A stretch of DNA of 64,000 nt from the human T2T-CHM13v2.0 reference genome, Homo sapiens: NCBI RefSeq assembly GCF_009914755.1, contig NC_060937.1; one strand, written 5' to 3'. A model generated the notes under the pieces. It saw only the letters and a list, made by a program, of their open reading frames with translations. It ran no database searches and had not been told where the DNA came from. Each line of letters begins with the position of its first letter. Position 1 is the first letter of the stretch. Both the position numbers and the translations under genes were made by a program. Of the stretch, positions 1-16,939 are shown in pieces.

Positions 1-650
1 GTGTGTTGAGAATAATGGAGCCCTGATCACTCATGACCAGACTCGTGAGGCAGTGGGTTCTATGCCAGGAGAGGGAAATAGAGAGGATCCTAGTCTTCTG
101 TTTTTCCCCTAAAAAATGGTCAGCTAATAGAACAGAGATGTTTGCCTGGTGGTAGAAAGAGGCCATAAAACACCTCCTAATTTCTTCTGAAAGGGACTGA
201 CTTCAATTGCATCAGAGATTAAAATAGGTACTCAAACCTAAAGGTACTCTCAGGAACAGTTGAGATTTTGGCCAAAAGGTAATTGAGGGGAGGCTCAAGA
301 TACTGGTTAAACTGAAGGTCTGTGAGTTTGCAGGAGAGAACTAGGGGCTGAAACAACTGGGAGGAGTTCTCCTGGAACCAAAAGAAAGAACAAGCACTGA
401 CATCAGAAACTGTTTCTTCAAGGGAGCCAGAATTTGATTAAATTAGTTTATGGAGCAATTCGTATCCGAGAACATTGTTGAAAAAAACAGAGCAATTGGC
501 TGGCAATGAGTAAAGTATAATAGCTTGGTGTGGCCAAGAATATAGAGGAAGGGAGCCCTACCAAAACCACTACAAGGGGCCCATGGGCTAAACAAAGCTA
601 TGTTCCCTGAGGAACACCAGAGACTGAACACGTAGGTGTCACTGAAAGAA
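1..650 (+). mobile_element. Probable ancient L1M (L1MC/L1M4-type) 5' region fragment
   Basis: Segment ggagccagaatttgattaaattag...ggagcaattcgtatcc...cattgttgaaaaaaacagagcaattggctggcaatgag resembles old L1M 5'-end consensus as I recall it; highly diverged. Confidence 0.4.
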
Positions 651-663
651 TCCAGTTGGTCTC

Positions 664-1036
664 TGCTGTGGTTTGAATGTGTCCTGCAGAGTTCATGTGT
701 TGAAGCTGAATCCCCTATGCAAGTGTTGAGAGGTGGGTTTTGGAATCTGTAAGAGTTGGTAAGTCATGAAGGCTCTGTCTTCGTGAATGGATTAATGCCA
801 TTATCACAGGAGTGGTTTCCTGATAACCGGATGAGTTTGGTTTTCTCTCTCAGGCACACTCTCTCACCGTATGATAGCTCCTCCTATGTTATGAGGCAGC
901 AAGAAGGCCCTCACCAGATGCAGCTTCATAATCTTGGACTTCCCAGGCTCGAGGACTACAAGACATACATTTCTTTTCTTTATAAATTACCTTGTCTGTG
1001 GTATCCAGTTATACTAGCACAAAATGGACTAAGACA
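664..1036 (+). mobile_element. MaLR solo LTR (MST family, MSTC/MSTD-like)
   Basis: Starts tgctgtggtttgaatgtgtcc, contains aagaaggccctcaccagatgc and tataaattacc, ends aaaatggactaagaca; TG...CA termini. Confidence 0.85.
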
Positions 1037-1270
1037 GATGCCTACTTCACAGCTTTGCTGGCCCTGGAGAATAGTGTAATCTTCATCCAGAAGTCATTAC
1101 AATGGCAATATAGAGAGAGATGAAATCCCCATGCACACCTGCTTTCAAGAGTTTCTAGAAATGCGTCTACCTTGCTTTCAATCAACCTTTTTCTCTCAAG
1201 AGGGGTGTTTGCCTAGCCTTCAGTGGTAATAATTACTGATACTAATCAAAAACTGTGACAGTGGTTTCCT

Positions 1271-3796
<2,526 letters not shown>

Positions 3797-5838
3797 CTAA
3801 GAGAATTTTTCAATTTTTATGCACATCTTAGCAACCACTATTTATTATAATTTTGGCTTCTTTTCTTTAGATACACAACTGTATGAAGTCTGGCAGAGTT
3901 ATTCCTGCTGTTGGGTAAGGGTGGTGAAATATTGACTTCACCCTGGAAACGTACCTCATCTTTACATTATTCAACATCTTGATAATGCCATTTGCATAGA
4001 TAGGTGATACCTATGTCCTGACATAATTAAGCAGAGCAGAGTTTTTTCTCTGGTACAGGTGATAAGTTTGTATTGATCTGACTCATTTTCTCCGTTCCTG
4101 ATGACCATGTACATCAGCATGAGATTGCTGGCTGCAGCCAGTGCCATCTGTGGCCATGTAGCAGCAAGGATCTTGCATATTCAGATATGGTTTGTGTAAA
4201 AGGCTCTGGTCTCATTAATTCCATCCTCCCATCAACTAAGCCAGCCAACAAGAAATAAGCAGTTGGACCCAAACATCTAGAAACTGTCCATTGTGATAAT
4301 ACACTTTCCTCAAGAGGGAACAATGGCTACTCTTTGATACAAACAAAAATAAAATAAAGTTTGAGCTGTCAAATTTTATGTAGGCTTTCACAGAAAGAAA
4401 ATGTACTCTTCGTCTTAAAATAATTCTATACTAAGAGATGTATTATGGGCCCACAATATAGATGAAATAGGATTACAGTAGTCATTGCTGACTTCAGTAA
4501 TTTGAGTAGAACCTCTAAATCCTTTATGCTAAATTCTGCTTTGTAATCACATGTAGAAAAACAAGATGATTTTGACAAACCAGTTCTCCATTTGGGAGTC
4601 TTATTCATCATATAATATTCTTGTGAGGCTCTTTTTGAACGTGAGAGAGTTTTAACAGACAAGTGACAGACACAACAGCATATGGAGGAGTGGTATTTTC
4701 TAGGTGAAACCCTACCCTGCAGGGGTAAAGTCTAATACTGTGAAGGTTTCATGGGATTGTGTCATGATGAACATGTTTTTCATTCTCAAAAATTTAGTTA
4801 CCACACAGGAATTTACCCATTAATTATAGTGTAAACGCATGCTATTTCCTGATAGTTTTGTAGATAACACAGTTGGCATACTAATACACTCGAGCTCTCT
4901 GCCAGATACCTACACAATAACAAATGAATTGTAATGACGAAAAGATTGTATCATTTTGTTTTCTGGAGAGCTGTAAGGAGATCTGAGAATGTCAGGTAAT
5001 GTGGTAATTATGTTTCAAGTAACTTGATAATTTAAAAAATATTATGAAGTAATCTGCTGAAACTTGCAGTTATTCTGTGGCTACATGTTCCATTCCCATT
5101 ATGTTACACAAAATTATGGGTTAGAATTCCTATAGCTACCTTTTCTACTCTCTCAACAAAAGATGCCAGCCTTAAAACATTGAAGAGGAGGTTGAGAAGT
5201 TCTTCTTTCCATGCTACAGTTGACAAAAGAGGAAAGTTTCTAGCACAATGAAACATGTAATTTCTCTCAAACTTCTTCTTAAGCCAACATCTAAGCAGGG
5301 CAGGAGACTCTCTGGGAGACTATTTTTCCCATTTTGTAGCTGGCATCATGTTCTGCTGATGGGAGAAGAAAGCAAGAGAAAATGTCATTCAAAGCACTCT
5401 TTGTAATGGCCATCTGGGACTTCATCTGAATGTTTGCAGGAAAAAAAATCCTATGGCCATCCAGTTAAATCGGGCCTTCTAGCCACCATGGACACTTGCA
5501 GAAATACTAGGTCACGAAGAAATGCAAATTGAGTTTATTGTAAACTGTGATAACACGTGTTAAGGGGATGAATTAGAATTGCATTTGGGAAAGCAAAGTC
5601 AAAGGTATAACAATATATACTCAAGAATACTAAGGTGGGTTTCTGGGAAATAATGTGGAAGGAGAGACAGGTAAAGGCACTTGTAAGAATTTGTGTTCTA
5701 TTTTGATGTGGCAGGACAGACATGTAGCCCTAAGCACCGTATGTGTGCTTGGTATCATTGTTGGTCTCGTTTCTAAGGAACAGAAGTATTGGGTGTTTGG
5801 GGTTATCTGTTCAGATTAGAATTTCAATTAGAATAGAA

Positions 5839-6237
<399 letters not shown>

Positions 6238-6365
6238 TTATAAACAAAAAAGGAATAAATACATCTTTATATCAGACCCTCTAGATTCATGTTTCTGTAG
6301 CTCACTGGTGGTGCTTGATTTTCTGTAAAGTAGTCCTTAGACAGTTTGCTCATGGAAGCAAGTAA

Positions 6366-6748
<383 letters not shown>

Positions 6749-6792
6749 TAAATCTCATTTATTTCTAAAAACATTATGCCACTAAAAGTTTT

Positions 6793-6900
6793 ACATATGC
6801 ATATACATATACATATGTATGTGTATAAATATATATATTATGTAATTGTATATATTATTTAAAGACACACACATACACACACATATATACACACACATAC
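6793..6900. repeat. (TA)n/(CA)n low-complexity tract
   Basis: Visible alternating purine-pyrimidine runs. Confidence 0.8.
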
Positions 6901-7139
6901 CCAGCATGTTATTCAGCTAACAGGGAATTAGGTTGATTCCTTGGTTAGGTTGATATCTTGGTGACCCAAGATATAGGTGGTCACCAATATCTTGATGGTG
7001 TTTCCTGCTATTTATATGTTATTACATCTGCTGTTTTCCATTGTTGTGGTTATGATATATTTTTGCCCCAACTTTAATAATATGAATTAATGGCTTAAGA
7101 TTGTTCATTGCAGCATACAGCTTATTTTTAAAACTAATA

Positions 7140-7480
7140 CTTTTTGAATATCTGTTTTGTGCCAACCATATTTTTATGCCCTGGAGATAGGTGATGAAGA
7201 GGTGAAAGAAGGTGTCCACACTAGTACATTCTAGTTTTATGGTGGTTGGAGACAGACAATAAGTTATAAAGAAAGGAAAAATATTAGCTGGCAGTATGAG
7301 TCAAGAAGAAATAAGAAATGATTATAGGTTTAAGTTCTTAGGATGGTGGATAGCCTTAGAGTGGTGAGCGAAGGCTGCTCTTAGAAGGAGAACTGCGGTC
7401 TGGATATGAGGAAGGAGCCTGCAATGGCAATAGCCAGGAAGGCACACTTGGCAGAGGGAATGACTAGAGGAAGAGTTTGG
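7140..7480 (-). mobile_element. L2 3' fragment, diverged
   Basis: gaatatctgttttgtgccaacc...ctggagatag...acattctag...gagacagacaataag pattern typical of antisense L2 3' ends. Confidence 0.5.
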
Positions 7481-8224
7481 AGGCTGGACCAAAAAAATAC
7501 ACAACCCAGAATTTGGCCGCAAATATCGACACAGCAGAGCGCTTCGGTAGAAATACAGAATGGAAATCTTTATCTAAATCTATTGAGATGTTTTGCAGTA
7601 GTGAAAAAAAAGAAAAGTACAAATGCCAGGACAACAAAATTGGAGAAAAATTAGTGTTGAAATATAGTTGATATTCTATTTGAATATTCTATTTGATATT
7701 CTGTTTGAATCACTAGATGACATTAATAGAATCCTTGCATTATCGAACTATTTATAAGATTCTTCTGCTGATAGAGTCAACACCTGAATAACTATCAGCT
7801 CACTTTCTTCACATTCACAAAAAATTACATTCAAAAGCTATTAAGGAGAGCAACTATTTGGTCTAAATGGCAAGATTTGTTTTATAAAATCATATGCGAA
7901 CACAGTTGCATGTGGAAAATGGTCATTTGTGACAAAGTGTTTCTAAAAATGACTACGAATTTTGAAGCAGAAGCTGATGTTTTGTGTCTTCTGCTATTTG
8001 TGTGGTCATTGAAACTGTACTGCTCCCAGAGTAAACGATAAATGCCAGTGAATATTTTGTGCAAGTTAAACAATGATCACCCTCTTTCTGAGAAATAAAA
8101 ATGCAGTACCTTGAAAACAATTATTAGGTATTTATTATTCTCTTGCTCTCTCTCTCTCTCTCATTGCTGCTAAATGAGCTTACTGCAAACTATAAAGGCG
8201 TTTCTGCATAATACAATAAATAAA

Positions 8225-8722
8225 TGTATGTCTACTGGTTCCCATGCCCTTGCACAATTCCCTCCACTTTGACCCCGGACTTGCCCTGTGACTTGATTTC
8301 GCCAACAGAATGTGGTGGATGTGATGCTATGCTGTGTCAATTTCAGGCCTAATTCTTAAACAGGTTTGAAGGCATCCTCTGTGACCTTCTTGGAGTTCTG
8401 GACTAGCACATAAATAGTTCAGATGAGCCTGCTAGAGAAAGAAGCCATGTGGAGAGGCCTTGGGGAATGAGACACCACATGAAGAGACAGGCTGCTTGGG
8501 GGAATACTGAGGGCCCATGCATGTAGGTGAGAGCTCCATCTTGAATATTACAGTGTCCATTCACTTAAATGTAATCATGTAACAGATGCCAAGGAGACTG
8601 GCAGAAGAACCCATCAGCTAGTCCCCAGCCAACACATATAATCATGAGACAGAGTAAAATGATTGTTGTTTTAACCATTAGGTTTTGGGTAGTTTGATCT
8701 ACAGCATTAGATATTAGAAACA
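8225..8722 (+). mobile_element. MaLR LTR (MLT1F/G/H-like)
   Basis: ctgtgacttgatttcgccaacagaatgtgg...; 3' end aaatgattgttgttttaacc...ttttgggtagtttg...tagaaaca. Confidence 0.75.
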
Positions 8723-8990
8723 GAAATTGGTACCCCAAAGTGGAGTGCTGCCATACCAGAAATCTAAAGCGTGTGGTGTTGTTTTAGAAACCACGGGGCC
8801 AGTGGAAGCTAGAAGTCTCTCAAGGAAACTGTCTCTCAAGGAAACTGTGAACAAAGGCTGAAAGGACAGAGGAGAAATATCGGTGAAAAAAGGCAACCCA
8901 TTTTTTGCAACAGTGGAAAGTATGAAATAGTGTCATCTGTGCTGATATGATAGGAACCTAATAAAACTGTGGATCTCACTTAAAAACGTC
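8723..8990 (+). mobile_element. MLT1 internal-region 5' start
   Basis: LTR is immediately followed by gaaattggtacc...agtggagtgctgcc, the usual MaLR LTR/internal junction. Confidence 0.6.
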
Positions 8991-9387
8991 TTACTGGTCT
9001 AAAGTTTTAGAGACGTTGCTATAGTTTCTATGTTTTTGAAATCTTAGGAACAGGTATTTGACAGAGCCTCCTTACAGAGCTGCATCTGTTGAAACCGTAT
9101 CCCCAGAACATGTTAATTGGAGTGTCCTTTATGGTGGCTCCATTTCTAGTCATATCCATGTTCATCTGTGATCCCTGTGAATATATATAAGGAATATCTT
9201 TACTTATGTAGTTTATATAAGCTGAGGGGAAGCAGCTATTACCATAGTAGCTATTCCATAGGGATAGAATCAAGTATATACCAAAGAGTAGAATGCTGGA
9301 ATGAGATAATAAGCAGGATTAAAGTCTTGAATTGAGCTTTCAAATCTCATTTATTCATGGAATGTGAGGGTCATGTTGCCCAGCAGT

Positions 9388-9476
9388 TCTCTCTCTCTGT
9401 CTCTCTCTTTCTCTTTCTCTGCCAGCCTCTCTCTCTCTTCTCTCTTTCTCTGCCTCTCTCTCTCTCTCTCTGTGTG
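9388..9476. repeat. Imperfect (TC)n microsatellite
   Basis: Visible polypyrimidine repeat. Confidence 0.9.
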
Positions 9477-9589
9477 TTGAACGAGGAGGATAGCAAATCA
9501 TTGGCTTCTATTTTTAGTTACCCATGAACTTAAAAACAATGAAAACAGTGACATTTCTTTCAACTGTAGTAACAGTCTCTAACTGTGCT

Positions 9590-9990
9590 AATAGGCTGTG
9601 AATGCTGCATCAAGGAAGATGTCACGGCACTGTTTTCAGCCCTGGTCAGATCTGGGACACAGTGTTCAATCTGGCCAGCACCATTTCAAAGAGCTGTTTA
9701 CAAAATGAGTGTGAGGGATCTGAAAATTACAAACACCACATAGGGGAAACATCATAGAGCTGGGGATATTTAGACAGGATAGGAGAAGGCCCTTGGGGAA
9801 CAAGCTCACTGCCTTTTACGTAGCTGAAGTCCCGTCATGCTGAAGATGTCATAGACTTGTTTTGCACTCCTCTTGGAAGGTAGAACTATGAACAATTGTC
9901 AAAAGGCACAAAAGAGCAAACTGGCTTAACACAAAATGGACATTTCCAAGTTTTAGTGCTTCTCCATCAAATAGACCTGAGTGGCTATTT
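9590..9990 (+). mobile_element. CR1/L3 LINE 3' fragment
   Basis: ctggtcagatc...agtgttcaatctggccagcaccatttcaaag...agctggggatatttagacaggataggagaag...gacttgtttt resembles the L3 ORF2 3' end. Confidence 0.6.
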
Positions 9991-12599
9991 CTCTAGAATA
10001 AAATAGAATGTTTTCCTGTCCAGGTAGGAGGTTGGAGCTATGGAGTTTTCTTCTTACCCAGAGTCAGTGGTTTGAAGGCATCTCTTCTTACTAGTGCAAT
10101 AAGTCATATTTTGTAGTGCATTTGTTGGTAAATAATTAATGATTATAGCTGCAAATTAAAACTAATTACTGCTTGCTTCTTCAAATGGGTTCAACTCAGC
10201 TTGGTTGCTGATAATAAAATCTGCTTCCATATGTGATGGGATGGGCATATGAACCTTTGCTGGAGTTTCCTAATACTTTCTTTTAAAAGCGACTACCTGA
10301 AAACTTAACAAAATAAACTTGTATGAGGCATTTTATTAAACTTCACCATTCTCAATAAGCATGTTGGCATTTCTTTGAAGTGTTTTTTAAAATATAAAAA
10401 GTTGATCCATGAGTTTTGAAAAGTGTCACCACAACTTTATTTGCCCAAGTAAGTAGGAGTCAAGCCAATTGCCAATGGGAGTATTCACACTTTTTGCCAT
10501 GCAGTTGGGTATCTGAAGAAATGTTTGAATGAAATGATTAAAGAAATGCAATGAATTTGAAAGAATGGAAAGTTTTTTAAAGGAAGTATATAAAAATATT
10601 TTAATATGGTGGTGAGGCACTAGGCATCATGTGGTTTCTGTGTCCAGTTCACCTTGTCTGAGTATTCATCAGAAAGAGGGCTCCCTGTGGAGTTATTGGA
10701 AGAAACATCCCTGGTGTCACAGAGAGAGCTGGCTTGAACCTGGAGGATATAACAAATGGCTGTTCCTGAAAATACACTCAGCTAAACATGTAGAAATAAA
10801 GGCATGCTTAAGATAGTAGAGCTGATACCACTTGATGAAAAGAGTCAATAAAGTATGTGAAGATGATGGTACAGCATAAGGAAAAAACAATATATTGGGC
10901 AGTGTGAGTTTTGACCTGGGAATTCACTAAAATGACTGTGGAGGTTGGGGGAAGAGATGGTGAAGGGCTCATAGAGCAGTGACCCATGCAAGCCAGTCCT
11001 GGAGCAGTGTTATAGTTAAGGAAACTCACCCCAAGCTCAAATTTTTTCTCGTGTTGTCTTCAAGTCTTTTGTGGGGTCAAATTAAGCAGTCCTTGAAAGC
11101 TCAAAACTCATTATTAACTTTTCCTTGATCTTATTATTATTTAGCACCCAACATCATTCTCCTAAGGCAGGGAAGAAAAAAATAAAATTCTCATTGATGC
11201 ACTCGCTTTCCTTTCATCCCACCCTATTCCTCATCTCACCTCTCCTTCCAAACTCAGCTTCTTCTATGTGCTACTTCACACTCTGCTACAGCACGCACAG
11301 CACTTCTACACTGTCTCCTTCCCATACTAGACTTGGGGTTACCCACTTCTTCTGCCTTTTGCTTTGATCTGTTTCTCATAAGATTTGGTTTATGCAAAAT
11401 CCTGCCATTTTCTTCTGCTAGTCGGGAAGGACAGGTAGAGCCCATCCAGGCAGCTCCACTGATGGTGGTGGTGGGGAATCCATAGATGCTCATGCTGAAT
11501 AATTCTTGTTTTGCCAGAGAAGAAATGGAACAGCTGAGGTTGGTGCATTTACAGATTGTTTTATGGAAACCTTTGTATATGCTACCTGGTGTGATTGCAC
11601 ACCAGGTTACAGGCCACAGGACATAAGTTTAATGTCTCAGATTTTCCGTTAACTAGTGGTTGTCCAGGTCTCCTAATCACTCAGGTGCAAGTTCTCTATC
11701 TGCAAAGAAAAACAAATTCCTAAAATGATTGTGCAAGTTGAATTAGGTTATCAAAGGTTGAATATTCCTTGTAAACAGTAAAACACAAATGGTGGTTGTC
11801 TTCTTAATTGTCTCAAGTCATTGACCATTCCACATTTCCCTTCTAATACCCAATGGCACCTGTTATCTATGACCTCCCACTTGTTTTCTTATTCCTAATT
11901 ATGAGAACAGAGCTTCAAAGTAATAAAATTTCAAAGCAAAGGGGTATGCAATAAAGAGGATTTGGGATGAAAGCATCAAAAATAGGATAAAATCAAGAAA
12001 TTTGAGGCTGATATACTGTAATGTAAACTGATCATAAATAGTAGGTGAGCAACATTCATCTATTCATCATTCATGATGTGGTCAAGAAACTAAGTGCTGA
12101 TTAAACACCAGGTGCTTTTCTGGAGAGAGAATTCCCTTTTCATTCTCTTTATGCTGTCATGAAGATCCCATTTGAGTAATGTATGACCTCTCCTCTTTCT
12201 CCTAGTTTCAATAAGTGACTTACCAGATTGCCTGACTCAATTTTGTTCTCTTCTTCTCTGCACCCTGTTTATCCTATGGAGAAAGACTGTGATTATTCAG
12301 GGTTGTAACTAGGTGGGCAAATTCAGTTCAGAGGAACAATATGGCCTGCTCACTCAGTTAACAGCTCCAAAGACACACTCTTTAACTTAGACTGTGTCAG
12401 CAGTGAAAATGATATTTTTAGTCTCCATTTGACTGACTCAGTTGGTTCCCTACAACATAGGCAGGGAAGCAGTGGTTTTTTTAATTGGATACTCCTTGCC
12501 TTACATCAGGTACTATTCAGAATAAACATAACAAAATTCGACCTTAAAATATTTTTAATAGGTAAGATGAAAGAATTAACACAAAAATAATTTAGGATA

Positions 12600-12820
12600 G
12601 ATGATTCAGACACCTTGGTTTTGAGTCTCAACCTTACCATTTACTAGCTGTGTGCTTTGGGGAAAGTTGGCTTAATCTCTCTGAGATTTAATTTCCTCAT
12701 TTGTAGAAAGCAAGTCATAACCCCTGCCTCACAGAGATAATACGAGGATCAACTGTAATACTGATGCAAAAAGTTTTATAAACTCTAGAGCTAAATAAAC
12801 TCTTGTGTTTTTATTATTAC
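12600..12820 (+). mobile_element. MIR
   Basis: Core ccatttactagctgtgtgctttggggaaagttggcttaatctctctgag...tttcctcatttgta. Confidence 0.85.
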
Positions 12821-13364
12821 TCTGGGAACTAGGTTCCCAGCTTGTCTTCCTCCTACGCCCACCTGCTCCCCCAGCTCAGCCCCTGTTCTGATTATTTACC
12901 TGGCATACCACAACGTTTTTCTTGTCTCCAAACATGGATTGGGCCCATGGCCATGACTTCCAACACCACAAACTAATGTCAGTGCTAGATTTCATCTAGC
13001 ATAAATTATCTGTTGCTGTCCACAGACCAACTGTTGGGCTCTTCCCAGAGAGTTTCCGTGATTAACCGTCTTTCCTTTAGCTTTTTGCCTGTAGCTAATT
13101 GCCCCGTATTTCCTAGCTTTGTGCTTTCTATATCGTCCTAAACATACCCCTGTTTTCTCTTATTGAGAACCTCCTTAGTTACTTGCCATGCATTGGTAGC
13201 TGTGTCTAGGATCTCTGTGTCATAGGACTCTTGCTTGTCTTGTTCTTCCTTGAACTCTTAGATTTCCTGCTGGTCACAAAGCCCAGTGGTGGACACTGGC
13301 CATCCACATTATTCAGACCTCTAGTGTCTCTACCATGAAGGATGGCTTTCACAGAGGTTATAGA

Positions 13365-13565
13365 CCTGGGCTCTGGAGTCAGACAGCTCCTCCACTTAGA
13401 GCTGTGCACTCTTGGTTATGTAACTAGCTTTCTATACCTTACTTTCCTCATTGGAAAATAGGGTAATGGTAGCTAGAAAATATTAGAGTTATCATTAAAT
13501 GAAAATAAATGGGCTAATAATTCGTACAACACCTGGCATATATTAAGCACTCAGTGACGTTATTT
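13365..13565 (+). mobile_element. MIR
   Basis: gggctctggagtcagacag...tttcctcattggaaaatagggtaat...cctggcatatattaagcactcag. Confidence 0.8.
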
Positions 13566-15029
13566 GTTGTTGTTGTTGTTATCATCAACTAAAATAAAAC
13601 TTCTCTAACGACTCTGTGTTTCTTCCAAATTAATAGATTAAAAACAATAATGTTCTAAGGGGAACAAAAAATAAGAGGAGCGAGGAGGTTATTAGTCTTT
13701 TTTTTAGTCTGCTCTAAATACCTACTCAACAGAAATGAATATGAATATATAAGACTGGGAGAGATAAATGCACAAAAAGAATATATGTACACACACATAT
13801 ATACATATATACATAGCTATATATACCTGCATATAAACCCACACATTTGTGTATGTGTGTATATATTCATCTATAAATTTATATATATATATGGAAGAAA
13901 GGAAGAAATAGGAAGAAACCTCAACATTCTACCTTCTGCACATTATGATACATTGTAATATTCAGAAGATAGACCGTTGAGCTCTCTCCTTTGCTTTTTA
14001 AATAGGTGATATATGATGCTTAAGTCATATGAGTTGTAGCGTGAGTTAGCTCCAAATAAAAATTTGTGACCTTTAGACCTTATAATCCAAGTCACTTTTG
14101 GTAAAAGCAGCTGAAAGTTACATTTATAGAACTTATTTAGAGATTTTCCAGATAATAAGGATTGAAGAGAAACACCAAAGACGGCCCCAGAATAGCAACT
14201 AGGGCATTTCCTTTGACAGCTGCAGCAGATCTAGTGGAACTTTAAATTAGTCTCAAAACTGATTTGAGACTCTGAAACTTGACTAGCTTACTAACAATAG
14301 TGTATGTGCTGAGCAACTACCAAGGGGAGAAAATACATAATAGATGAAAAAAATCATAAAGCACATTATTCACATAATTTAATGGCACTTATGAACTATT
14401 AGGGAGAAAATCCACCAGAAAACAATGTTGTACATGTCAACTCCTTTCTAGTTACAATCACAATTGTGCTTCTATTATTACTGAAAGTAGGTGCAACTGC
14501 AGATAAATTTTGAGAATGGAACTACTATTTCTCTTTGTAAACTCATTTGGATAAAGATACTCATGCCCCATCTACATGAGCTCAGTTATTCCATCTTTAC
14601 TGTATAATTTGGCTCTGACATCTTGTCTCTTATGTGTTGTTAGGCAGGGTGAGGGAGATGGTTATTGATGACAGAGTGATAACAATCTCTGCATCTAATA
14701 TGGAAAGAGATTCCATCCTTGACCTTGGTAATGTATGCCAGCATTTATCAATCCTCACTGCCAGGTTTCCCAGCCAATTCCTTTGCTCTGCACCCAGGCC
14801 AAATGGGGGTTGGTTAGATGCCACCCTGGGAGTGGGGCCTACAATCCTGGAGCAGATCCCCACTGGAAAGCATCTCCACCTTCCCTTATTTTGGCAGTTT
14901 CAGTTTGGGGACATTGAGGTTATGTGCAGAGGCATTGTTGTTCAAACAGAATCCAGAAATGAGGCTTCCAGGTTTTAGGAGTACTACAGAGGGAACTGGA
15001 TTCATTTGATTTTCAAAATATGACAGAAG

Positions 15030-16300
15030 AAAATATAGGAGAATGTGTTTATGGTTCTGGGGTATGGAAAGCCTTGTGAAGAAAGGCTTCAAATTCAGAA
15101 GACTTCGAGAAAAAGAGTTAACTACATCAAATGCAAAAACCTGTGGTTGAGAGGAAATACCATTAATAGCATTAAAACTTAAGAGGCACTGGCCAGGCGC
15201 AGTGGCTCACGCCTATAATCCTAGCACTTTGGGAGGCTGAGGCAGGTGGATCACCTAAGGTTGGGAGTTTGAGACCAGCCTGACCAACATGGAGAAACCC
15301 CGTCTCTACTAAAAATACAAAATTAGCCAGGCATGGTGGTGCATGCCTGTAATCCCAGCTAGCTACTCAAGAGGCTGAGGCAGGAGAATGGTTTGAACCA
15401 GGAGGTGGAGGTTGTGGTGAGCCGAGATCATGCCATTTCACCCCAGCCTGGGCAACAAGAGCGAAACTCCATCTCAAAAAAAAAAAAAAAAAAAGAAAAG
15501 AAAAAAGAAAAAGAAAAAAAAAAAACTTAAGAGGCACTGTGGAAAAAGTATTTGCAACACAGGATATAAGTATGATTAATATTCCTAATACTCAGATGGC
15601 GACCACAAATCAATGAGAAGGATGAATTGCTCAATAGAAAAAAGGGACAAGATAAGAACATGAAACTAATTCATAAAAGAAAAAAATACAAAATGTAATA
15701 AGCTATAAAATGCCAATTGCGGACAAAGGCAAATTAAAATAACGGGATACCATTTTTATTCACTACATTTCCAAAACTAACAAACAAATAAACAGAGTGA
15801 CTGTAACATGCCAGTTTGTCAAGGGTATGGAGAAACAGAGTATAAGATAGTGTTGGTGGCACTATATTTTGGCATGACTTCTTTGAAGGATCATTTGGAG
15901 GTTTTTCACAAAATAAAAAATGAACAATCCTATTATTCAGCACTTTTAGTTCTTGACAATTATCATGCAGAAATATCTACTCATGTGTATAATGATACAT
16001 ACACAAGGGTGTCCAATCAATACTATTCATGAGGTCAAATGGAGACAATCTAAAAATACTTAATAGAGGAAGTTACAAATTAATGTGGTAAATCTATACA
16101 GTGTAGTTCTATGCAGCATTAAAAAGAACCATGGATCAAGGCAAAATTTTCAAGACATATTTTTAAGTTCAAAAAGCAAGTTACATGGCAATATGATAAC
16201 ATGTTTATAAAATAAATTGTGAGTGCATGCAAATGTGCATACAAAATAGACAAAGTCAGAAATGATATCTGCCAAACTTCCAATTCTGCTAACTTCAATT
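15030..16300 (+). mobile_element. Ancient L1ME-like ORF2 3' end/3' UTR, interrupted by an Alu
   Basis: aaaagtatttgcaac...ataccatttt...gggtatggagaaacag...atgtggtaaatctatacagtg...tatgcagcattaaaaagaa. Confidence 0.65.
15191..15521 (+). mobile_element. AluSp, full length
   Basis: ggccaggcgcagtggctc..., accaacatggagaaa, gggcaacaagagcgaaactc; perfect 17-bp TSD aaaacttaagaggcact at 15174-15190 and 15522-15538. Confidence 0.97.
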
Positions 16301-16939
16301 GGATGAATTGGATATAAAATACTTATCTTTCTCTCCCTAACTGTGTGTAAAATAAGAAATATTTTGATGTTTTTCCTATATTTCTCATATATATATAATA
16401 TATTCACTTCAAATGTGTAAAATATGAATATTTATAAACTGTGAAACTATGAGGTTTTAAAAATTGCTTTTTATAATTATAATAGATAAAGAATCTCACT
16501 GATATTTCTAATATCAGGGTAGCTTAAAAAGGTCTTTGGCATGATACATAGTGCATTATACATATATTAAACATTAAGTCAACAACCATCAAAATAAATA
16601 AGAGTTTCCTATTGCCATAATATTACACATCATTTATATAGGACCTATTCATTATAAAATGACTAAAATGGTGTAGTATGAGACATTTTGAAAAATATCT
16701 TCTGAAATCAGAAGAAACACATTGAATTTTTTTAGAAATTACTTAGCGAGTACTTTTCATTTTGATGTTAACAACAGTAGTTATATTTGTAGCACAACCT
16801 TCTTAAAAGCTTATATACATGTTGTGGATGCTCTTTTGTTCCCCTTAAGTTCTAAACAAGCATAGAAATGAACTTCACAGGCTACACATGGCAGAACCTG
16901 TCCATGTGTCTCTGCCTCATTCCATATCAGTGAAGGATA

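Noticed and set aside
7670-7710. Short gatattctatttga x3 repeat
   Set aside because: Ordinary small slippage repeat with no further structure
14249-14271. 9-bp stem hairpin agtctcaaa-actga-tttgagact
   Set aside because: Short stems like this are expected by chance in 64 kb; the bacterial terminator concept does not apply
14634-14978. 114-aa ORF in unique sequence
   Set aside because: Non-ATG start, no recognisable domain, no convincing splice boundaries
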